Below, one piece after another: positions 17,496 through 30,400 of a stretch of 64,000 nt of DNA. A program made the position numbers and the translations under genes. Below the pieces are notes generated by a model, which did not search any database, had not been told where the DNA came from, and saw only the letters and a program-made list of their open reading frames with translations. Position 1 is the stretch's first letter, and every line of letters begins with the position of its first letter. This DNA is from an uncultured virus (IMG/VR IMGVR_UViG_3300021373_000885) (lineage: Duplodnaviria > Heunggongvirae > Uroviricota > Caudoviricetes), in IMG/VR virus record IMGVR_UViG_3300021373_000885; one strand, 5' to 3'.

Positions 17496-19556
17496 TTACT
17501 GTTGTCCGTATTTCGCAAAATCGCCTTGAGTTGCGGCGGGCAATTTAAAGTTACCCAACCCTGACTGCATTACATTACTGTTAGAAGTATTTGGCATCCC
17601 ACCCGTTAACGAGCCGAACCCCATACCCGCTAATTGAGGAGCTATTTCCTTCATCTTATCAACAAACATTTGGTTTATGCTTCCAGTGTCGGTGAACATA
17701 ACACCTTGTATTAGTTGTTTAAGCGACTCTAGTTGGGTTATCTCCTCCACGTTACCGCGAGCCATTATTTCCTGCGCATTTGGCACAAGTTGAGTAAGGT
17801 AGTTAGCCGCCTGTTCTTGTAACTGCCCATAATATCTAGACCAAATGTTCATCAACTCTGTCTCGGTTTTGGTCTGCATGATAAGTTTATTAAGCTCTTG
17901 CGTAGAACCAATCTCCATAGCTTTTAGTATGGAAGACTGAACTTTCCCTTCCAGATCTCCAGCTATTCTAGCCGCGCCAAGCCGTGCGTTTACATCGTTT
18001 GTGGCGAGACTTTCGACACTGCCCATAGCTGCTGCGCGTTGAGCTACCATATCTCTAAACATTTGTGACGAGCCGGCAGCTACTTTATTAACACGATCCA
18101 TTATAACTTTTTCATCTGCGAGCATATCTTCTTTTGCTCTACGTGCTCTCTTAATAGCTAATTCATCTCTGCTCTGTTGTACTTGGCGCATACCGCCTAC
18201 TCCCGCACGCCTAAACCCTTCTCTATCTCTTCTTCTTTGCGCCGCTGGGTCGTCGTATGCTCTTTGTGCATCAGTAATTTCTTTGTTAGCTGTTTTCAGT
18301 TTATTTTGTATACTATCTTTACCGGTCAAACCTTGCAGACCTTCTAATCTAGTTTGTTCTGCCGTTCTTTCTGCTTTAGGATCTACTGAAGCCATATCTC
18401 TCAAGTTGTCCATAACATTGAACCCACCTTCACCTTTAGCGTCAGCTTCCTTATTTACTAACTCGCCCATACGCTCAGATACCGGGTTACCGCCCATAGC
18501 AGTTTTGCCTGCAGCCGTTATAGCACTAGGGTCTAAGGTGCCAGCGATGCCGGGAACTTTAGGGGCAGCTTGAGGGCCAGCTTGTGTAGTAGCAGTGCCA
18601 GTTTGAGGGCCAGCTTGAGGTTTAGGGAGTTCAGGTTTAGCCCCTGTAGGAGTTGGATAGAAAGGATTCTCCTCTGGCTCTTCTTTAGGTTTCAACATAT
18701 CCATTGCTCTACCCATGCCACTGGTATCAACTTGCCCCAAATCTTCAGCAGTTACTCCAAGACGTTTAGCTCTTTCAACTGCGTCTTTTTTCATGCTGCT
18801 TTCTATACCACTACCAACAGCTTTAAAAGGCGCAGCTAAAGCCTCACGGTTTGCGGCAGTGCGTTCTTTATCAGACATATCTGCTCGAGAAGGTTTAAAA
18901 CCATAGTTATCAGTAAGGTACTTAGCCATTTCGCCGCCGTGTATTTGCACTAACGAGCGCATGGTTTCGGGAGTTAGTTTGCCGCCTTCTCTAGCGGCTA
19001 TTTCCTTTACCTGTTTTACTAGTCCCCCAGATAAGTAACCAACAATACCCCCGCTAGCCATCATCGGACGAGGAGCGCCACCCACAGCAGGTAGGCCACC
19101 CATAGGAGGACGAGGCATACCACCCATAGGGGGACGAGGCATACCACCCATAGGAGGTTTAGGAGCACCACCCATAGGAGGACGAGCCCCTGCAATACCG
19201 CCCTGTGGGGCACCACGATTCATAGCTAGGCTAGGGTTTTTACCCATCATAGGAGTACTTTGCGGCGGTCTTTTTTGCTGTTGTGCGCGTTGCGCTAATA
19301 TACCGCCAGTTTGATTAGTCATTTCACTTTGCGTCATACCCATGACTTTCTGTTCTAGCTGATCTTTGATGGTATTAGGGTTCGTTTGTTGAGCCATTTG
19401 TAGCTCTTTTAAAGCCGCATCTTTTTCTCTAGCTATTTTTTGTGTAGCCATTACATCAAGGAGGTCTTTAGATACAGTGCTAGTCTTGCCCTGCATTTGC
19501 ATACTGTCAGCTTTATCATTTATTAGCTGATCTACGTTTCCCATTATTCCTAACAT
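17496..19556 (-). CDS. putative internal virion/ejection protein (686 aa), Met/Gln/Pro-rich
   Basis: SD GGAG; low-complexity segments; lies in the internal-protein cluster. Confidence 0.65.
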   Translation of the reverse strand: MLGIMGNVDQLINDKADSMQMQGKTSTVSKDLLDVMATQKIAREKDAALKELQMAQQTNPNTIKDQLEQKVMGMTQSEMTNQTGGILAQRAQQQKRPPQSTPMMGKNPSLAMNRGAPQGGIAGARPPMGGAPKPPMGGMPRPPMGGMPRPPMGGLPAVGGAPRPMMASGGIVGYLSGGLVKQVKEIAAREGGKLTPETMRSLVQIHGGEMAKYLTDNYGFKPSRADMSDKERTAANREALAAPFKAVGSGIESSMKKDAVERAKRLGVTAEDLGQVDTSGMGRAMDMLKPKEEPEENPFYPTPTGAKPELPKPQAGPQTGTATTQAGPQAAPKVPGIAGTLDPSAITAAGKTAMGGNPVSERMGELVNKEADAKGEGGFNVMDNLRDMASVDPKAERTAEQTRLEGLQGLTGKDSIQNKLKTANKEITDAQRAYDDPAAQRRRDREGFRRAGVGGMRQVQQSRDELAIKRARRAKEDMLADEKVIMDRVNKVAAGSSQMFRDMVAQRAAAMGSVESLATNDVNARLGAARIAGDLEGKVQSSILKAMEIGSTQELNKLIMQTKTETELMNIWSRYYGQLQEQAANYLTQLVPNAQEIMARGNVEEITQLESLKQLIQGVMFTDTGSINQMFVDKMKEIAPQLAGMGFGSLTGGMPNTSNSNVMQSGLGNFKLPAATQGDFAKYGQQ
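19096..19188 (-). repeat. 24-bp coding tandem repeat, 4 copies, encoding [RK]PPMGG[MAL]P
   Basis: CCACCCATAGG recurs every 24 nt. Confidence 0.85.
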
Positions 19557-19566
19557 TTATGCTCTC

Positions 19567-21411
19567 CTAAGCTGTAGTTGCGTTAGCTGCGGCTTGGTTT
19601 TCGTCGATTACCTGACTAGCACCATCATTTTCAGATGCCTCTTCGTTACCATCACCACTAAACATACCAAGTAAAGCCTCAAGGCCCCCAACAGTACTAA
19701 AGTAGTTTTGTAACTCATTAGGCTCACTATATATAGTTTCCGATGCTTCGATTGGTAGGCCTTGTAACAACGATTGTAAGTATTGAACCATTTTCTTATC
19801 GTAATCACGCTCTTCTCTAAACTGTCCGTAGTCAGCAGCAATACCTTCAGAAGCAATGTCTCTCTGTACTTGACCTGCGGCTGCTTGAGATTCTAATACA
19901 TCAAAGCCGTATTGGTTGGCCATTTCTTTTGCAGCTTTTGCTCTGTCCATAGCCTGAGTGTAATTCAACGCTCTTTGTTCAGCGGCCATATCACCAATAT
20001 TTCTTGACAGGTTACTAGCTCTTTCGGCACGTAATAAAGCGTCTCTAGAGCCACCAAAAGCGCCAGCTTGCGTCATTGCCGTACGGTCTTGTAGGGAACC
20101 AATTTGATCTTGTCTACGCATATCAGCCGCAGTGCGGTCAATAACGTTTTGAGTGTAGGGGTTCATAAACGCATCAGCTTGGTCTGGTGTAAACGTACCC
20201 ATTTGATTAGTTACTGACTGACGGCTAAGTGGGTTATTTAGTGCAGAAATACCTGTAAATGCTTGATCTTGTAGCATGCTTGTGCCAGCAGTTAACGGGC
20301 CATAATATGCTTGATAACCTTCTTCGGCTTCTGCTTGACCTTTACCAAGCATATCAGTTACATACTCACCCGCCCAAGCAGCTAAAGATTCGTTTTGGCC
20401 TAACACTTGTCCCGGCCCCGGAGTTTGATCTTCGGGCATTTGTTCTTGTTCGGCACCGGGATCACCGCCTTCGTTTAGGTATTTAATTTTACCACCACCA
20501 GCATACTGAGCTATACCGCCTTGAGCCATCTTAGGCATGAACTGCTGTGGGTTTATTTCTTTGCCTTGTTCGGGGTTGCCGGTACGTGCTGTACGAACAT
20601 TATCCATCATACTATGTAACTGCTGTGCGCCTGCATCTGAATTACCGTTGCCTAGGTGACTTACTACATCGGCAGGTATAACAAACTCACCATCACTTAA
20701 ACGTGCTTCTTGTTTGCCGTCAATACGTGCAGGGACTTTGTCAGCCATGCCATCAGTCTTACCGCCCAAATAATAACCGTTATGTGCACCAGCAATGCCA
20801 CCCGCAGCATACTTAGGTACACGGCCACCCATAGCCATATCATTATCAGTTTCTGAGACTTCACCCATAATCTGATCTATTTCTTCTGAAGACTTGCCTT
20901 CTAATTCTAAGGCTTGACGCTTGGCTGTTTTTCTAGCTTCTTCTACAGAAGGCGCATCACTTTCTTCTTTTTTGGCAAATATAGAGTCAGAGAAATAACG
21001 TCTACCATATTGGCCCGGCCTACGTTCTTCACCTCTGTCATACCTGTCGCCTTTAAAACGTTGAGCATTTACTTCAGCTTGTGTAAAAGGTATTTTTTCG
21101 CCCTCATTCTCACCCTCTTTCATCATACCCGGGCCGCCTTTGGTAAGGTCTTGGGTAGTCATTATGCCTAAGCGTTTTCCTTGGGTAGGAGCAGAGGGCT
21201 GGGTTACCCTTTCCCTGACTTTAGTGTATTTTGGTATCTCACCCTGAAAGCCTACCGGTGGCTTTTTCGTGCCCGACAATATACCTTCATCCAAGCCAAG
21301 TTTATTATTTAAAAACATAGTGCCACCCACGGCAGCGACATCTTTAAAACTTAGGTCGGAAAAGTTAAATTCTGCACCTGTAACACGTTCAAAATAGTCA
21401 GTAAGTGACAT
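19567..21411 (-). CDS. putative DNA-ejection/pilot protein (614 aa)
   Basis: GGKTDGMADKVPARIDG...LSDGEFVIPADVV resembles a tape-measure C-terminal motif; FMNPYTQNVID and AGAFGGSR are typical of podovirus ejection proteins. Confidence 0.7.
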   Translation of the reverse strand: MSLTDYFERVTGAEFNFSDLSFKDVAAVGGTMFLNNKLGLDEGILSGTKKPPVGFQGEIPKYTKVRERVTQPSAPTQGKRLGIMTTQDLTKGGPGMMKEGENEGEKIPFTQAEVNAQRFKGDRYDRGEERRPGQYGRRYFSDSIFAKKEESDAPSVEEARKTAKRQALELEGKSSEEIDQIMGEVSETDNDMAMGGRVPKYAAGGIAGAHNGYYLGGKTDGMADKVPARIDGKQEARLSDGEFVIPADVVSHLGNGNSDAGAQQLHSMMDNVRTARTGNPEQGKEINPQQFMPKMAQGGIAQYAGGGKIKYLNEGGDPGAEQEQMPEDQTPGPGQVLGQNESLAAWAGEYVTDMLGKGQAEAEEGYQAYYGPLTAGTSMLQDQAFTGISALNNPLSRQSVTNQMGTFTPDQADAFMNPYTQNVIDRTAADMRRQDQIGSLQDRTAMTQAGAFGGSRDALLRAERASNLSRNIGDMAAEQRALNYTQAMDRAKAAKEMANQYGFDVLESQAAAGQVQRDIASEGIAADYGQFREERDYDKKMVQYLQSLLQGLPIEASETIYSEPNELQNYFSTVGGLEALLGMFSGDGNEEASENDGASQVIDENQAAANATTA

Positions 21412-24400
21412 TACTTATCTCCAATGATCTTTAATATCTCATCTGTTTTATCTTTAATAATTCCACCTTTTGCCCGTTGTTGTGGAAATAGTATATCATT
21501 CAAAAAGTTATCCCCATAAGGACTAGCAGCGCCGTAAAAACTTTCTTGTTCTTCGTCTTGGAATATACTTTCAAAATCGTATATACCTTTGATTTCTGCT
21601 TTCCTGCCGGGTTTAGTAGTAACTTTTCTTCCCGGAGCCTGTAATGCCTCCATTACTTTATCTTCTGTTTCTTGCTCCGCTTGTTGTTCTAACTGCTGCT
21701 CTATATTAGACTCTATCTCTAGCTGCATTTCTCGCTGCGCTTCAACGGCGGCCTCACGTTCTGCCGCTAAATCCAATTCATACTGTTGTTGCGCAGCTAC
21801 TAAATCTTGCTGTTGCTGCTCTATAGTAGCTTGATTTTGCTCTTGTATAGCGAACATACCCGTAGCATGACCAAAATTAGAATCGGCTATTTCGCTGTAA
21901 TCACCAGACTCAAATGCATTTCCAATGAGCCTTTCATCCTCAACGTCAAATGTACCATCATTATTGACATCATACAATGCATTATATGCAACTTCTTCCT
22001 CAGCTAGGTAAGTCGATACAAGGTTTACATCTTCTTCTGTCAACAAGTTAGTAGGTTTACCTAACAGAGCAGCTATATCATCTAAGCTAGTACCAATCTC
22101 TGATATTTCAGAAGAAACTTCGGCAGAAACTAGGCCAGCCAACTCAGCGTATATACCACTAGCGGATTGCGCAGGTTCAGTATCTGTAGCAGGTTGTGCA
22201 GGAGAACCTATGGCTGCAGTCAAGTCGTTTAATGCGTTGTTTATTGGGGTCAAGTCTGAAGCTGTAACTGCCGCACTAGTGGCATTGGTAATAGCGCTCA
22301 ACCTACCCACAATACTGGCTGGGTCATCTTCACTACCAAGCAGAGCATTTATCTCATCAAGACCTAAACCCTGATTAAACAACTCTAAACGTAGGCCACT
22401 ACCCCCGCTAAACGTGCCATCACCATTATCTGTAGGTAATTCACCGATAGTACTATCAATAGCGGCTATCTTTTCGGCGGTGCTTTCCGCTAAGGTTTCA
22501 TATCTACCAGATATATCACTGTAATTCTGCAGTAGTGTTTCGTACTTCTCAGTATTACTTGCAGTGACATTGGCTAGGTTCTGTATTTCACCGTATAAAC
22601 CTGTGCTTTGGTCGCCTTCGGTTTCTAAATCAGAATCTTTTACACCTACTATGGTAGCTAGTGTATCTAAACTACCGGTTACCGAATTTAAATCCGAGGA
22701 AGAAGCTGCGCTACTAGTTGCGTTCTGAAGAGCAGCTAACCTACCAATTATACTATTTTCATCTTCGGCACTACCAAGTACAGCATTTATCTCATCAATG
22801 CCTAAGCCTTGGTTAAACAGCTCTAAACGTAGACCACTACCCCCACTAAACGTACCATCACCATTATCTGTAGGTAGTTCACCAATAGTATTGTCTATAG
22901 CAGTAATCTTATCGGCAGTGCTATCTGCTAAGGTTTTATAGTCTTCAGCTAAAGTATTGTACTGACCAGATATATCACTGTAATCTTGCAGTAGGGTTTC
23001 ATACTTTTCAGTATTGCTTGCAGTAGTAGCAGCTAGGGTCTGTATTTCACCGTATAAACCTGTGCTTTGGTCGCCTTCGGTCTCTAAATCAGAATCTTTT
23101 ACACCTACTATGGTGGCTAGGTTGGCTATGTTCCCACTTGCTGTCTGTAAATCCGTGGAAGAAGCAGCAGAATTAACTGAAGAAATAAGGGTCTCTAATT
23201 TACCAACTATACTATTTTCATCTTCGGCACTGCCAAGTACAGCATTTATTTCATCAATACCTAAGCCTTGGTTAAACAGCTCTAAACGTAGACCACTACC
23301 ACCTTCATATTCTTGAGTCTCGTCGTTGAATGTGGGGAGCTCACCAATAGTACTGTCTATCTCAGCAATCTTATTTGCAGTGCTATCTGCTAAGGTTTTA
23401 TAGTCTTCAGTTAAAGTATTGTACTGACCAGATATATCACTGTAATTTTGCAGTAGGCCTTCATACTTTTCAGTATTGCTTATAGTGGCAGTAGCCAAAT
23501 CATCAATGGCTTTAAATATCCCGTCCGCGGCTTTTGCCGGAGTATCGCCTGTTGCGTCGTCCTCTGATACAGCGGGAGACCCTATTATTGCAGTCAACGC
23601 GGCAATGTCAGCTTGTTTAGCGAACGTGTCAGTAGACGAATCAATAGCGTTCAACCTACCGATAATGCTATTTTCGTCGTCTTCACTACCAAGTACGGCA
23701 TTTATTTGGTCTATAGTTAGACCTTGTTCATAAAGTTTTAGGGATAGTCCCGCGCCCCCTCTAAGAGATCCGTCGTCATTTATATCTGGCACATACCCCA
23801 AAATTTGCTGTATGTTGGAAACGGCTTGGGCATTTGCAAGGACTACATGCTTTGTAGCATCTAGTACTGTGGCGTATCTCTCAGTAATATCACTGTAGTT
23901 TTGCAGTAGGTCTTCATACTTTTCAGTATTGCTTGCAGTGGTAGTAGCCAGCTCATCAATAGCTTTAAATATACCATCCGCGGCTTTTGCAGGGTTATCG
24001 TCTGTTGCGTCAAACACCGACACCGCAGGAGAACCTATTATTGAAGATAGAGCTGATAAGTCAGTCTGTTTAGCGTATAGGTCGGTAGCGTCTGCAATAC
24101 TTTTTAACTTACCTACTACAGTGTCTGGATTATCTTCACTGCCGAGTATTGCGTTTATTTGGTCAATGCCTAGACCTTGGTTAAATAGTTCTAAACGCAG
24201 ACCACTACCACCTTCAAATACACCATCTCCGTCGTCATCAGTGGGTAGTTCACCAATAGTATTGTCTATAGCAGTAATTTTATTGGCAGTATTATCCGCT
24301 AAGGTTTTATAGTCTTCAGCCAAAGCATCGTATTTATTAGATACGTCACCATAGTCTTCTAGTAGGGTTTCATACTTTTCAGTATTGCTTGCAGTGGTGT

Positions 24401-27400
24401 TAGATAGCGCTTCTATCTCACCGAATATACCATCTGCGGCTTTTGCAGGGTTATCGTCTGTTGCGTCGTCCTCTGATACAGCGGGAGATCCTATTAAGTT
24501 AGATAAAACATCTAAGTCCGCTTTCTTAGCTGAGTCTTCCGTAGCACCACTAATAGTCTTTAACCTACCAAGAATGCTGTCCGCATCATCCTCACTACCA
24601 AGTACAGCGTTTACCTGATCTAGAGTCAGGCCTTGGTCAAACAACTCCTTACGTAACCCACTACCACCTTCATACGCTTTAGTCTCGGCGTTCCATGTAG
24701 GGAGTTCACCTATAGCTGTGTTTATGTTGGTTAACGTACTATCTATGCTCGTCGATAAAGTATCGTAGCTACCAGATATGTCACTATAATTTTGCAATAG
24801 TGTTTCGTACTTCTCAGTATTACTTGCAGTAGTCGCAGCTAGGTTGGCTATTTCTTTGTATATCCCAGAGGGTTGGGCACCTTCTTTTTGTTGGTTGCTA
24901 TCCGCTTTACCAATCAGATTTTTCAGTTGGGTAGTGCTAGCCTTAATATTATTAACGTCGTTCTGCACTAACTTTAATTTATACTCAGAAGCAAAGTCTG
25001 TGTTGGTAAGTTCTTCTAACGCACCTAATATACTGTCTGGGTCTTCTGCACTACCAAGCAAGGTATTTATCTGATCTAGGCTTAAACCTTGGTCAAACAA
25101 CTCCTTACGTATGCCACTACCACCTTCATATTCTTTAGTTTCGTCGTTAAACGTGGGGAGCTCGCCTATTGCGGTTTTTACTTCGCCTAGGGCAGTATTT
25201 GCTTCACCGACTGCTGTGTTATAATCGTCAACTAAGCCGGAATAGTCTTCAGATATATCACTATAGTTTTGCAGTAGGCTTTCATACTTTTCAGTGTTAC
25301 TCGCAGTAGTAGTACTTAAATCTTCTATAGCTAAAAATATACCTGAATTTTTGCTGCCTTCTAGGCTCGAATCTTTGGGTTCGCCTATAATAGTGTTTAA
25401 GGCGGCTATGTCCCCAGCTACTGTAGTTATATCCCCGGGGACTGATTTAAGCGCTTCTAGCTTACCCATAATACTAGCTTCATCGGTAGCGCTACCAAGC
25501 AAGGTATTTATTTGATCTAGGCTTAAACCTTGGTCAAACAACTCCTTACGTATGCCACTACCACCAACATACCGTTGTTGTTCGGCGTCCCATGTAGGCA
25601 GCACACCGATATTATTAGATATATCTTGGGTCTTCTTATAGTAGTTTCTGACTAAACCTTTATAGTCGTCAGCTAAGCCAGAATAGTCGTCAGATATATC
25701 CTTGTAATCTTGCAATAGGTCTTCATACTTTCCAGTATTACTTTCTGTAGCGGTTTTTAGGGCTTCTATCCTACCTATTATGCTATTTTCATCATCTTCA
25801 CTACCAAGAGTTGCATTTATAGTGTCTACATCTACACCTTGAGCTGCTAACTCACCCCTTAAAATTTCTATAGTGTTTTCAGCATCGGCAATGACTTCGT
25901 ACAACCCAGTAGGCCCATAATCCTTATAAATGTCTGAGGGGGAACCCACTAGTGAAGCATTAAGAGCATCTAGCTGGTCAATGTAGATCTGAGAAGCGTT
26001 AAGTCCCGAAAGAATTCCGTTGTCTAGAACTTCCTTTGCCAGCCCTATTCGGGGGTCATCAGATGCCACCATAGCAGCTACTCTTTCTGATTCGTTGTCT
26101 ACAAAGTATTCAAAAGCGTCTAGATCTTCGCCAGATAGGTTGTCATTTACATATTGTTCAAGAAAGTTTATGGCTTCACCTAAATCTGTGCTCCCCCCAA
26201 AATGAAACATTCCCATTCGTGGATCGGCAAAATTCTCGTATGAGCGGTCAACCATAAAACCTTCGCCCTGCCTCATGCCAGCGTATATTGTCGCAAGCAT
26301 TAGAGGAGATGCAGGCACTTCTGTGTTGGCCTGACCCACGCCAGTTATTTCGCTTTGTTCAGTTAACCTATCTAGTTGGCCAGCTAACTCTCTTATAGAT
26401 GATTGTATAGTGCCGTCTGGGCCTAGGCTAAGGGCATTAACCGCATCAGTTACCTTCTTTAACTCAGCATTAAACGTGCTTTTCAGTGTGGACTCTACGT
26501 TAGCCAAAGCCTCATATATACCACTAGCGGTTTGCGCAGGTTCAGTATCTGTAGCAGGTTGTGCAGGAGAACCTACTATAGTAGACAAGGCACTGATTTC
26601 ACCTAGCACGCCGGTTATATCTGTGGTGCTAGCGGCTTTATCAATGCCGTTTTGAAGTGCTTTTAATTTACCTACAATGCTATCTTCGTCGCCTTCACTA
26701 CCCAACAACTCATTTATCTGGTTTATATTTAACCCTTGGTTAAACAGCTCAAGACGTAGCCCGCCACCACCTGTGTATTCACCAGCATCGTTAAGTGTAG
26801 GAAATTGGCCGATAGCGTTATTAAGCAGCCCAAATTGCTCATTGGCACTTTCTAATAGGGCTGAGTAGTTACTGGACATAACTTCATAGTTGTTTGTTAA
26901 TATTTTGTAGTCGTCCACTAAACCTTTATACTGCTCCGTGTTTGCGTCTACGAGTGCATATACACCTGTGGCGGGTTTCGCAGGATTAGTATCAGTAGCA
27001 TCATCTTCGGATACTGCCGGAGAACCTAAATTAGTTTCTAAAAACGTTTTTATTTCCTGAGCGTCGAGCCCTAACAATTCTAAATTTCTAAGTACTCCAG
27101 AACCATCCTCTCCTGCACTTCCCAGTATGTCTGTTATCGAAGTGTCACCGGCTTCTATGGCTGCATATATACCTGTAGCACCAACGAGGGGGCTGCTAGG
27201 AGAACCTATAGCTAGGTTTACATTGTCGGTTATTTCTTTTTTTACATTGCTTTCTATAGACGTTAGGCGCGAATCTACAAGTTTAAATCCAGTATCTGTC
27301 TCGGCCCTTAATGTTTCTATTGCAGGGGTTATGCCTTGTTTATTAGCAGCCCAAGTATTGTAGTTATTTTCCGCTGTAGCTTCTGCACTAGTAAGCCCTT

Positions 27401-30400
27401 GAGCCCATTCTGCTAAATCGTCTGCCCCAACTTCACCATCACCATTGTAATCATACGTTAGGTCTGCAGGGATTAACCCCTCACTCATCATCAATAAATA
27501 GTCACGTTCTGCCGCGACCTCTTTACCAAGATCAAAATCCTCGGTATAAGCCGGGAAATAGACGTCTAATATGTCAGTCTTTATGGCTGCAGCTGTAGCG
27601 TTTGTAGTAAAGTTTTGCAGCTCTACAAGTTTGTCATTTATGTTAGTCTCTAATACCGCTAAAGCAAGGTCTCTATCTATACCTTGTAGTTGCATAGCAT
27701 TGTATATGTCCGCCTGAATACCGCTTGGCGCTCCCACTACTACTTCAACTTTATCAGTGCTTGGGTCATCGTCGTGGTCACGTAATTCTGTAGCAAATAG
27801 AGGCTGCCCAGTTACCTCATCTCGTAATACATTCCCATCAACGTCGTATTGGAATACAGGAGCCTTACCAAATGAATCTGCTATTCCTTGTATCTTTTCG
27901 TCAATCGTTCCTGTTAGGGCGGTCTCAAATTCTGCAAAAGTTGCATAGTCCCCTAGTATATCCTCCACTGCTTTTTTCGCATCTTGACCTGCTGCAGTAG
28001 CGTTTTCGCTAGCTGTTATAGCATCACCAACTAGCGCATATAACCCAGTGGCTACATCAGTCGCTGTTGCGGGAGTACCTAAATTAGTCGCAAGTCCCAG
28101 TAGTGTTGCTTCTAAGTCATCTGGTATCTTATTAGCTAATTCTGTTATAGCGCCTTCTAGGGCGGTTGTATCAAAATCAATATCTAGGTTACCTAGTATT
28201 TCGTATATGCCAGTTGCAGGGTTAGCATCTGTACCATCTCCCGGATCACCCACTAGGTTTTTTATTTCGGCAATCGCTACGTCTTGCAGTACGCCTTGCG
28301 CAGTTAGTTCACCTAGTAGTCCAGTGCCATCGTCTTGGTACACACCATCTTCAAAAGTTCCAGCCGTCCCAATCTTGTCTGTTATGTATGCAGTAAGGCT
28401 TTCAGGGTCTCCGTCACCAAGACCTATCTGAGTTTTTAGGTCTTCTAATATCTTAAACACACCCTCTGGAACTACAGCATCAGGGTCACCAATTATGGTT
28501 TTTAGCTCACTAGAAACTTCACTACTTATAGTCCCATCGGCTACTAATTTATCTACTATAGCCTCAGCAAAGTCAGACTGAACAGAGTCTTTCTTAAATT
28601 GGTTTGCAACAGCAGTTTCAATTTGAACTTGTAGTATGCCACTATTAGTGGGGTCGTTTATAAGCGCATCCACTACTTGTTGAGGCGTAGCGCTAGGGTC
28701 ACGCGCCAACAGCGTTTCTATATCCTGCTGCAACTTCAATAAATCTTGACTGTTCATACCTAGTGATCCACCTATTTCGTCTATTATACCCGTAGGTTCA
28801 TGTTTTGAGGCATCGTAATTTTCTAGTGCTGTCTGCTCTCTCAGCGGTAAATTAGCTATATACGCGTCTACATCGGCTTCTGATATAGCATTGTCATTGT
28901 TATAGTCAAACGTGCCAGACAAGACCGCCTCATCTCTGGCTATAGCTCTTATGTGTTCTATTATGTCATAGTGTTGGGCACTAGTGTAACCCGTACCAAT
29001 AGCTTGTTCTCCGTAGGTATACACTAAATAGTTTTCTGCCATATCTACTGGGTCTGATGAACCTGCCTCAATCGCCGCCTTTACCCAAGGAGAGTCAGAC
29101 TTACTTTGCATAAACTCGGTTACAGCACCTTCTGGTATGGCTCCCTGCATTCCCGCATCAACGAACAACTTTCTAGCTTCGTCCGCTGTAAGGTAACTAA
29201 GGTCATCTCGTTGGTTTCCTACATCTATTTTTATTATGCCAATGGCTTGCTCTATGGGGTCTGTTGAATCGGGGTCTTGAATTGTAGCCCTAGACCCGCC
29301 GAGAAAGTTTTCTAGGTACTTGTTAAAACTTGTAGTCGACGATAGTTCTCGTATGTCTGAGTTAGATAGTAGAGCCGAAGTGAATACATTTCCTGTATAC
29401 CCAGAAGTCCCCATGTCGTCAGAACCGCCGCCACCTGTAGGGTAAAATGGGGGTGGGGTAGTAAGTCCGTAAGTGACAGCCGATGTAGTGCCCCCAATCA
29501 ATGCACCTACAACACCGTTTTCTATAATGTTGCCTTCAACATCTCTATCAGTAACCCCGGCATCATATAGCATCTGTTCGGTGAAGCCCGCCACATAGGC
29601 TTCCTGTACAAACTCTGTTAAAGACTCTTTTGTAACTACAGTGGCTAAATCTTCGACCCTATCACTTAGCTCATACAATATGTCGTTAGTGCCTTTACTA
29701 AGTACGCGGTTGTCTAGTGCAAAGGCACCAAACGGTGCAGTGGCGCCTAATATGACTATTGCTTGTGTGCCAGCACGTATAGCCATTTCTTTTGCTTTAG
29801 CGTCAATATCACCTTCAAACCCGATTCTTTCTAACTCAGACGCAACTTCGTTGTATGTGCCCACGGCAGTTTCACCAAAGGCTTCCGACAATTCAAGTGT
29901 TGCGTTAGCCCCTACACTAGCAGTGGAGCCCAATGCCTCCGCTATGTCCTTGCCTAATGACTTAGCAGTTACATTAGTTACTTGTTTGCCCACAAATCCA
30001 GATAGACCAAACGTCATAAGTTGGGGAACTAGCTCATCTCCAAGGAAGTACCCCAAAAACGCATCAGGTTTATCGTAAAGTTCACCAAAAATTGCTTTAG
30101 CCTTGTCAACAGCGCCAGTCGCGGCAGCTATGTTTGCGTGCATCTCGGCGGTGTCTGCAACTAGTTCGTCGCTTAGAAAGCCCTGTGCATACTGGTCTAT
30201 CTGGTTGTGTATGTTAACGTAGTCATTATTAAATATTGCGTCTACGTCTTCCTCTGTTGTTAACAACGTTTCTTGGAATTCTTTTTGCGCGAGTTCGTTT
30301 GCTTTCTCAACGTCTTTACCCTCTGCAACCGCCCTCCTAAAAGCGCCATCCCTTGCAGCCATAGCTGGCATGGTTTTTATCCACGCTTTCATTGCAGCTA

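Noticed and set aside
24220..24242. DxDGD RNA polymerase catalytic motif in the giant protein (virion RNAP)
   Set aside because: DDDGD lies in the variable loop of one repeat unit, without NADFDGD context or other RNAP motifs.
22150..26580. Diversity-generating retroelement TR/VR pair
   Set aside because: No reverse transcriptase in the window; the repeats are in-frame coding units and I saw no adenine-specific mismatch pattern.
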